The translations under genes and the position numbers were made by a program. This document shows, piece after piece, positions 56,683-64,000 of a stretch of DNA of 64,000 bases (its first letter is position 1; each line of letters begins with the position of its first letter). The notes below the pieces were generated by a model. That model did no database searches, was not told the origin of the DNA, and worked only from the letters and a program-made list of their open reading frames with translations. The DNA is from an uncultured cyanobacterium (lineage in GTDB: Bacteria; Cyanobacteriota; Cyanobacteriia; Cyanobacteriales; Cyanobacteriaceae), in NCBI GenBank assembly GCA_963710605.1, contig CAVQBA010000004.1, forward strand, positions 128,001 through 192,000. The letters are read 5' to 3'.

Positions 56683-56855
56683 TGGATATATCTCCACTTT
56701 CCATTGGGATAGATTTCAATAATATTTTCATCTCCTGCTAGGAGAAAAATATTACCTGTTCGATCGTCAAGACGAACTATATTAATTGGTAAATAAAGTT
56801 TGGTAAACCAACAGCATAATATATAACACTGGGTTTTTTGCTGTAACGTTGGAAT
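56679..56855 (-). CDS. DUF6888-like protein (non-ATG start presumed)
   Basis: PTLQQ...LYLPINIVRLDDRTGNIFLLAGDENIIEIYPNGKWRY; ATGA overlap with the DUF6887-like gene. Confidence 0.65.
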   Translation of the reverse strand: MPTLQQKTQCYILCCWFTKLYLPINIVRLDDRTGNIFLLAGDENIIEIYPNGKWRYIQ

Positions 56856-56948
56856 AATATTTCTCTTTTTCTCATTTTTAATTATAGGATTGTGAGTAAA
56901 AAATTGGCGAATACGATCGTTTAAATTTTGATGTTAATACTAACTCTC

Positions 56949-57173
56949 TCATACATCCTCATTTAGTGTTGCATCTAACTCACTAAGGATAAAATCAAAC
57001 GATTGCGATCGTAATTTACCTTGATGAAATAAAGCAATATTTTTTTTGGCATCTTCTGCTATTTCTTGACGGCTATTTTCTATTAGTTGATTTTTGACAA
57101 TTTCAATTAACATTTCTCTTTGTTCGATAGGAAGTTTATTTACCGTTAAAAGTGCTTCTTCTAATGTAGTCAT
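56949..57173 (-). CDS. Hypothetical antitoxin-like protein
   Basis: L...V.KLP.EQ.EML.EI...R.EIA..A; TA island context. Confidence 0.6.
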   Translation of the reverse strand: MTTLEEALLTVNKLPIEQREMLIEIVKNQLIENSRQEIAEDAKKNIALFHQGKLRSQSFDFILSELDATLNEDV

Positions 57174-57236
57174 AGTATTTTAATCTAACTAGTTTTTTAT
57201 TTTTAGGATAGTATTATTAACAAAAGATGATACTTA

Positions 57237-57518
57237 TTAAGAAACTACTTCTATTTTTACTTCCATACCAGCTTTTGCTAACATATTTAATAATTTATCT
57301 ACACTAAAACAAGAAATATTACCATTGATTAAGTTGCTTATTTGAGATTGAGTTTCTTTAAAAAACACAGAAGCTTGTTTTTCAGTCCAACCTCAATCGA
57401 GAATAAAAGAACGTAACTCTAACATTAAATCTGCTTTGATTTTAAGATTCATTGCTTCATCAGGTGAAAAACCCAAATCTACAAAGACATTTTCATTACC
57501 AAAAGTTATTTCTGTCAT
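57237..57518 (-). CDS. HigA-type XRE antitoxin with in-frame TGA at 57393-57395
   Basis: MTEITFGNENVFVDLGF...KADLM...ILD*GWTEKQAS...ISNLING....FSVDKLLNML. Confidence 0.8.
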
Positions 57519-57522
57519 ATTT

Positions 57523-57864
57523 TTATAGTTGCAATTCTTTTCTTATTTTAATCATTTGCTGATAGCGTTTTTTTCCTAATTCAATATCTTTTTTTGATGT
57601 TTTTTGAGTCTTTTTTCCAAAAGCATGAAGAATATAAACTGCTTCAGGAAATCTAGCAACATAAAAAACACGATAAGTATCTCCTGTCCAAATTCTAATT
57701 TCTTGTGTACCTTTACCAATAATGGATATTGATTTGAAATGGGTAGGTTTTTCTCCTTTTTGAATTGCTCTTAGTTCAAAACCTGCTTTACGTCTAGCTT
57801 CTTCAGAAAAATTACGTATATCTTCTTTTGATGTGCCAACCCAATGGATTGGTTTATCTTTCAT
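57523..57864 (-). CDS. HigB/RelE-family toxin (Gp49-like)
   Basis: W.GTS..D...F...AR..AG.EL...Q.G, EIRI, YRV.YVA.F.EA.Y.LHAF.KKTQKT. Confidence 0.9.
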   Translation of the reverse strand: MKDKPIHWVGTSKEDIRNFSEEARRKAGFELRAIQKGEKPTHFKSISIIGKGTQEIRIWTGDTYRVFYVARFPEAVYILHAFGKKTQKTSKKDIELGKKRYQQMIKIRKELQL

Positions 57865-58063
57865 TATTTTGTTTTTTAATCTGCTTGTGGTTACAATTTA
57901 GTTAGAGTCATAAATTTAAGATACCACTAAGCGATCGTGATTCTTATCTCTAAACACAGAAAAAATAGTTGAAATCGCAATTAGACATCGATCGTACTAT
58001 CTGAAAAAATATTTCTGATTATTCTTAATAACGTTTATGTTTATGTTATTTATATTATTGTTA

Positions 58064-58987
58064 TTAAAGCTCAGTATATATAGCAATTGGATCTATTACT
58101 ATTTCATTAGGCATTTTGCCACTAAATGATTCTTCAATATTTGCTAATATCTCTATCATATTAATAATAGCTTGTTTCGGTGTTTCTGCTTCAAATTCTT
58201 GATCTACAGTGAAGTTGCTTGTATTTATTGTTTTCTCCGAGGATTGAGTAATAATACCAAAAATAACTAATTCTTTTTCTGTTTTTCTAGAATATTTTCT
58301 AATTAAAATATCTTCATTTTCTCGCAAATAATCTCGCTTTAAAAGGGAAGAGAATGAAACCTTATCAACGTCTTGTCGTATTTCTAATTGATTTTGATAT
58401 CCATATTGAATTAATGAAGATAAGCTTTCCAAGATAGTTTCATTGTAGTGAAGACCATTTTTTTTAGCCTTTATTATAAGAGGATCATTTTTACCATTTG
58501 CCTTATTTGTTTTCCCCTGAAATCCTTTTTGCTTAGTATCTATAATTATTTTTTCGCAAAGTTGAGGATTTTGTATACAAGTAATGGCTTTTCCAAAAGA
58601 ATTAAAATTTTTTATTAAGTGATCCATTTTGTCAATATCATTAAAAGTAGCTTTAGCACTAACTTTGATAAAAGATTTCTTTTCTTCAAAATCTTTTTCT
58701 GAAATATTTGTTTTTGAATTAACTACCAAAACTTTTTCTTGCCCAATTAATTTTTCTTCAAATAATGAGTATGAATAATCATGAAGATATCTTTTTTCAG
58801 TTTTACTATTACTAGAATTTATTACATCTGCAACAATTCTACCACTCCCAATTTCTCCTTTTTGCGATTCAGATTTTTCTTCTTCTTTTTCATTTTTATT
58901 TAAAATATAGTCAGTAATCCCTTCAAAAATTTGAGATGATAATGAATACATTTTTGGTTCGTCCAAATATATTAAATTTTTTATCAT
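58064..58987 (-). CDS. Hypothetical protein (DUF6414-like)
   Basis: N-terminal IYLDE..MYSLSSQ and C-terminal PIAIY.E resemble this family; recalled, not searched. Confidence 0.6.
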   Translation of the reverse strand: MIKNLIYLDEPKMYSLSSQIFEGITDYILNKNEKEEEKSESQKGEIGSGRIVADVINSSNSKTEKRYLHDYSYSLFEEKLIGQEKVLVVNSKTNISEKDFEEKKSFIKVSAKATFNDIDKMDHLIKNFNSFGKAITCIQNPQLCEKIIIDTKQKGFQGKTNKANGKNDPLIIKAKKNGLHYNETILESLSSLIQYGYQNQLEIRQDVDKVSFSSLLKRDYLRENEDILIRKYSRKTEKELVIFGIITQSSEKTINTSNFTVDQEFEAETPKQAIINMIEILANIEESFSGKMPNEIVIDPIAIYTEL

Positions 58988-59115
58988 TTTTTATTTCTTC
59001 TTCTATTTAAATATTCTTGATAATATTTTTTTCTAGTATCGTAAATTGACCAAACAAAAACACTAATACCAATAATAACGAATAAAGATGTAGTTATCAC
59101 AATAATTGTGTTCAT
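58984..59115 (-). CDS. Single-TM microprotein (43 aa)
   Basis: MNTIIVITTSLFVIIGISVFVWSIYDTRKKYYQEYLNRRRNKK*; ATGA overlaps with both neighbours. Confidence 0.75.
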   Translation of the reverse strand: MNTIIVITTSLFVIIGISVFVWSIYDTRKKYYQEYLNRRRNKK

Positions 59116-59528
59116 TTTCTTTCCTCATCAGTTGGTAAAAGTGAAATTCTATAGTAAATTGAAAAGCTAAGAAGAAGCGATACAAATGATGAGATTAAAC
59201 AGCAACAATCTAGATTTCTTGAATTAATTATAGAATTTACGTTTTCACTCAGTAATACTAAACAAAATAAAGCACTATAAAAAATTATAAAAGCTAATGA
59301 TATACCATTTTGTATTGTTTTCCAAGAAAAGTCTCTTGATTGAATGTGTTCAATTTCATTAATATTTGAAATATGTAATACTAAACCAAAAGTAATAAAA
59401 TCAGAAGCATTGATCAAACTAACAGTATCGTTTACTGTAACAAAATATATTATTAGTCTTAACAAAATAGGAATTAAACCAACAAGTACAGTGTAAATTA
59501 ACCATTTTATTATTTTGTTTTTTTTCAT
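59112..59528 (-). CDS. Hypothetical ~4-TM membrane protein
   Basis: Four hydrophobic segments; GLVLHIS.INE.EH motif. Confidence 0.75.
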   Translation of the reverse strand: MKKNKIIKWLIYTVLVGLIPILLRLIIYFVTVNDTVSLINASDFITFGLVLHISNINEIEHIQSRDFSWKTIQNGISLAFIIFYSALFCLVLLSENVNSIINSRNLDCCCLISSFVSLLLSFSIYYRISLLPTDEERK

Positions 59529-59599
59529 TTGGGACTACTTTAAACTTTACTTTTTGGCATATTAGATATTTACAGCAAATGCACCATAAAATATACTTA

Positions 59600-62420
59600 T
59601 TAATCCTCTAAAATAATATTTTCACGATGAGCTTTAACTAGACTCAACTCTTCACTACTAACCTGTTCTAACATATAACATAACCTGTCGGGCGACAATA
59701 AAGAACCATCATTTTTAGCACTACCTGTATAAGTAATATTTACCTCACTTAACGCTTCATCACCTTTACTTAATAAAGAAACAGAACGTAAATTAGGTCG
59801 AATATTAATCATTTTCGTGCTACCACGTCGATGTCTTTTTATTCGGTTTCATTTTCTTCTCAAACATAATCTCATCAGTATTAATAACATCATCTATCCA
59901 TGACTGCCATTGAGAAGGAGTAAACGTATTTTCACCCGCCGAAATAGTTACGGTATATTCAGCAGTATCTAGAATTTGAGTTGCTTTCTGAGATTTGAGA
60001 GGTAATTCTTTGACTTCATAAATAGGTAAATCAGCAGGTATTTGAGCTTTTAATTTTTCGGTAAACTCATCTAAATTCATCCGAGTATGATTTTCAAATT
60101 CGACAATTTCGCCACTACTAGTCATACCTAATGATAAAGCTAAAGCGATCGAAATCTTTGGTTCATGGATGAAAACCACCTGTATAAGTAATCGGAATAC
60201 CCGCACGTCGAACAGCTCGATCGAACAAACGTGCTAAATCTAAATGACTCAGTAAAGCCATATCTCCTTGTTTACCAAACCAAACCCGAATTTTTTGAGC
60301 CTTTTCTTGATTCGGTTTAAAATCGCCCACATAATCGGGTATAGGCGGAGGAGTAACTACAATATTATGACCAAAAGCAGGTTCGCAAACACCACAACTA
60401 CTACAACCATCAAAAGCACAATCGGGCACAGTTGCCTCTTGTAACGCTCTTTCTAAATCGTCTTTTAACCATTGTTTATCAATACCTGTATCTAAATGAT
60501 CCCACGGTAACTTTATATCGTCTAACCTCACCCCTACCCTCTCCTTAGTAAGGAGAGGGAGTTCATTTGTAGAAGAATGATTAGCCTCAGCAGACTCCTC
60601 AAGTTTCCCTCCTTTCAAGGGGGGATTAAGGGGGGTTTGTGTTTCTCCTTCCAAGGGGGGTTGGGGGATTCTTCTATGGCTTGATTAAGGGGTTGGGGGG
60701 TTTGTTCGTCATTAGGGGTTTGTGGTTCAAAAATATTCCATTCACCACTCTCGACTAAACGGTATTTCCAAGTCAATCCTGCTTCATCGATCGCTGTCGC
60801 CCACGCACCATAAGCCTTATCTATACTTTCCCACCAAGAATCCATCCCCGCACCTAATTCCCATGCCCGACGCACTACAGAAGCTAAACGTCTGTCTCCA
60901 CGCCCGACAAAATCTTCGATCGCTGAGATACGCACATCAGTATAATTAACTTTAGTACCACGGATGTTGTAAAATTGCTCTCTCAATAAATCTTGTTTAC
61001 GCAAAAATTCCGAAGTTGAAACCGAATGCCATTGAAAAGGAGTATGAGGTTTAGGAGTAAAGTTTGAGATAGTGATATTAAAATTCAGACTTTTATTACT
61101 CAAATGATTACATTCTTGTCTTAACCACTTCACCGTCTCCGCAATACCGATAACATCTTCATCAGTTTCCCCTGGTAAACCAATCATAAAATAAAGTTTG
61201 ACTTGCTTCCAACCTTCTTTTACTGCGGTTTGGATACCTCTTAATAACTCTTCATTGGTTAAACCTTTGTTGATAATATCTCGCATTCTTTGCGTACCAG
61301 CTTCGGGGGCAAATGTCAACCCTGTTTTACGTGTACCGCCGATAATATTAGCAATATTTTCATCAAATCGATTGACTCTTTGACTCGGTAAAGATAAAGA
61401 TATATTTTCCCCTTGCAGACGATTTTTAATTTCAATCCCTACCGCAGGTAAAGATAGATAATCCGAGCAACTCAAAGATAATAAGGAAAACTCATTAAAA
61501 CCTGTTTCCTTCATTCCTTCAACGATACTTTCAACCACATCTTCAGGTTCGACATCACGGGCAGGACGAGTCAACATTCCTGGTTGACAAAAACGACATC
61601 CTCTGGTACAGCCTCTTCTAATTTCGACAGTTAAGCGATCGTGTACTGTTTCTACATAAGGCACTAAACCGATCGAATATGCAGGAATAGGTGTGGCAAC
61701 TCGACGCAAGATTCTTTTTGGCACATCATCACGATTACGTTTAACACTGCCATCGGATTGCATATCGTAAAATTGCGGTACGTAAACACCCGGCACTTGA
61801 GCCAAATCTAAGAGTAATTCTTCTCTGCTTAAACCATCTTTTTTACCTTCTTCAATCACAAAACCAATTTCGGGTAACAATTCCTCTCCATCACCCATGA
61901 CAACAAAATCAAAAAAGTCGGCATAAGGCTCAGGATTTGAGGTTGCTGTTTGCCCACCTGCAAAAATAAAAGGATAGTCAGTATTATTTCTTTCTCGCCA
62001 TGTTAAAGGAATATCAGCTATACTGAGCATTTCTAAGATATTAGTTGCCCCTAACTCGTAACTCAAGCTAAAACCTAAAATATCAAATTCTTTAACGTCT
62101 CGTTTTGATTCAAGGGCGAACAAGGGGGTATTTGTTTCCCTCATCTTTTGAGCTAAATCTGGTGCTGGTAAATACGATCGATCGCATAATTGATGGGGTT
62201 GAGCATTTAAGATGTTGTAAAGAATTATATGCCCTAAATTTGACGCACCCACTTCATACACTTCAGGATAAGTTAATACCCATCTGACGTTAGCCGATTC
62301 CCAAGGTTTATTTTTTGCTCCTAATTCATTGCCCAAATAACGGGCAGGTTTCATTATCTCTGGTGTGATTAGTTTGTCAGTTGCGATCAGAGCTTCGCTC
62401 TGCCATTTCATGCTCGTCAT
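59600..62420 (-). CDS. TIGR03960-type B12-binding radical SAM protein fused to a TIGR03936/DUF2344 domain; three apparent frameshifts (~60655, ~60165, ~59840)
   Basis: PARYLGNE, RGCTRGCRFC, LPWDH, LSHLDL.R...RA.RR, GGFHP.P.ISIA.AL; four track ORFs join into one gene. Confidence 0.88.
60525..60722. repeat. Cluster of palindromic small dispersed repeats inside the radical SAM coding linker
   Basis: CCTCACCCCTACCCTCTCCTTAGTAAGGAGAGGG; CCCTCCTTTCAAGGGGGGATTAAGGGGG; GGGGTTGGGGG units. Confidence 0.8.
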
Positions 62421-62601
62421 ACTTATTCTTAGCTTGAGATAAAAGTTACTATCAGACTTTCTATTATAAGCTTTTGGACATAGATTAGATAGCTTGAATT
62501 TTGTTTAACATTATTGCTTATCATTGTTAAGGTTATTAAGTTCTATAGTTGATTTAATAAAGATGAATATAGTCACCACAATGTTTAAGATCAAACTAAA
62601 A

Positions 62602-63447
62602 TTAAACAGTAAGCTCAGAAAACTGTAAAAGTTTTGGTACTTGAAACTTATTCTCGCACTTAGGACAAACTCCTTTACCTAACATATATCTAACTTTTTG
62701 AGCAACAGAATCAAACCCTTTATCTTTTGAAATTTGATATAACGATCGAGGAATACCGGTTAAAAATTCTACTTTTATTGGTTCGATTATAGTTCGTTTT
62801 TTAGTTTTTAGTTTTTTAGGATAATGTAATGATTTGATATTTAGATTATCGTCTGTTTCAATTTCTATTTGAGCGATCGCACAATCATTATCATCAGCAC
62901 CAATTTCTATTTCGGTATTACAAGCAGTACAATATCCAATATATCCCCAAGATGAAAGTGCAAAGTATTCAAAAATATTTTGCCATAAGACATAACCATT
63001 AAGAACAATTAAATTTGAGAGAAGATAAGTAAAATCAGTATCTGATAAATTTGGCAATTGTAAACATTCCTTATTTAAGCGTAAAAGAGTTGTAATTTCT
63101 TCTAGATAGTGATTACGCATTGGTGAATCTAAATCGATACGAGTTTTGGTAGTAGGATTTGTATTATCTTTTCCTGGACGAGCTAAATTCTCTATATCTT
63201 CTCCACTAATAATAGAGACAGCTAAACTTAGGATTAACAATCTTTCATCGGGTTGCCATTGTTCTGCTATTTTAACTAAATAGGGTAAAGCAACAAAACT
63301 AGCTTCACACACTGAGCCTTGATGACATAATCTATCCCATAATTCGTATAAAACTTCTGAATCTTGAGTAGTTTCTAATTCTTTCAACAATTCGGGAATA
63401 TCTTCTGCTGAACCGAATATATCGTTAATATTTGACCAATCTATCAT
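62602..63447 (-). CDS. Hypothetical helical-repeat protein with two CxxC motifs
   Basis: W......GSAEDIP.LL, LCHQGSV..AS..ALP.L; CTAC and CPKC. ATG 63447 preferred as start. Confidence 0.7.
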   Translation of the reverse strand: MIDWSNINDIFGSAEDIPELLKELETTQDSEVLYELWDRLCHQGSVCEASFVALPYLVKIAEQWQPDERLLILSLAVSIISGEDIENLARPGKDNTNPTTKTRIDLDSPMRNHYLEEITTLLRLNKECLQLPNLSDTDFTYLLSNLIVLNGYVLWQNIFEYFALSSWGYIGYCTACNTEIEIGADDNDCAIAQIEIETDDNLNIKSLHYPKKLKTKKRTIIEPIKVEFLTGIPRSLYQISKDKGFDSVAQKVRYMLGKGVCPKCENKFQVPKLLQFSELTV

Positions 63448-63530
63448 TCTCTTAATCCATTGTATAATAATCTTTAAAGTATGATAAACCAAGAAAAGAT
63501 ATAATATTTAGGATAAAATGTCTTGACTAA

Positions 63531-64000
63531 TTAATTAACGATCGTCAAATAACAAGTAGGAACACGATCGACTAACCAAACATTATTTGCTGATAAATAA
63601 AACTCAAATCCATCTTCAGTCATCTGACCAGTATTTATTTCTAATAGTAACAATTTACCATGTCTTTGTCCTACCTTTTTCGCCATTTGTTTATCTGCCG
63701 ATAAATGTACGTGATGACGATTCATCTTCAATAATCCCCGATCGAAAATTGCATCCTGAAATCTGGTAGCCGTACCATGATAAAGAATATCTGGAGGGGT
63801 TGTCGGTGTTAAATTTAACTCAATCGGAATAGAATGTCCTTGATTGGCCCTGATTCTGTTGGTTTTTTGGCAAATAGTAAATCTTTGTTTATCATTGGTA
63901 GATACGATCGATTCTAATTCAGGACGACTTATATTAACTCCTTTTGAAGCACATCCTGTTAGTAATTTATCGATCGATACCCAACCTTCTTCATCTAATT
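63531..64000 (-). CDS. kptA: RNA 2'-phosphotransferase (5' end outside window)
   Basis: One open frame: LDEEGWV, NDKQRF, IRANQGHS, LYHGT, RHHVHLS, VGQRHG, NNVWL. Confidence 0.93.
   Translation of the reverse strand, partial: LDEEGWVSIDKLLTGCASKGVNISRPELESIVSTNDKQRFTICQKTNRIRANQGHSIPIELNLTPTTPPDILYHGTATRFQDAIFDRGLLKMNRHHVHLSADKQMAKKVGQRHGKLLLLEINTGQMTEDGFEFYLSANNVWLVDRVPTCYLTIVN

Overview
This is a low-GC cyanobacterial chromosome segment (psaC, ndhD, raf1, abundant CGATCG/HIP1, heptamer STRRs); a Geminocystis/Cyanobacterium-like source is an inference. The main feature is a ~17 kb purine-scavenging and catabolism locus at 2.6-19.6 kb. It encodes an NCS2 permease, guaD, a porin, a DMT permease, an M20 amidohydrolase, GntR, a Rieske oxygenase, uraH, puuE and an allophanate-hydrolase-C-like protein. 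Most of its promoters share a recurring GTATAC-A-GTATAC box. The locus also contains a Gly-rich secreted protein and a TPP-riboswitch-like variant RNA upstream of a non-thiamin gene. The rest of the window holds a lytic transglycosylase, a PEP-CTERM protein, tldD, a Che-like taxis operon, mutS2, a BON/YsnF stress cluster, ndhD-raf1, psaC and rne-rnhB. A toxin-antitoxin-rich island follows, with a translationally coupled three-gene unknown operon, then a radical SAM gene carrying in-frame palindromic repeats, and partial kptA. At least 8 single-base lesions in otherwise intact genes (homopolymers, GATC/CGATCG sites) suggest long-read consensus errors, so the pseudogene calls are provisional. 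No rRNA, tRNA or CRISPR array was seen.
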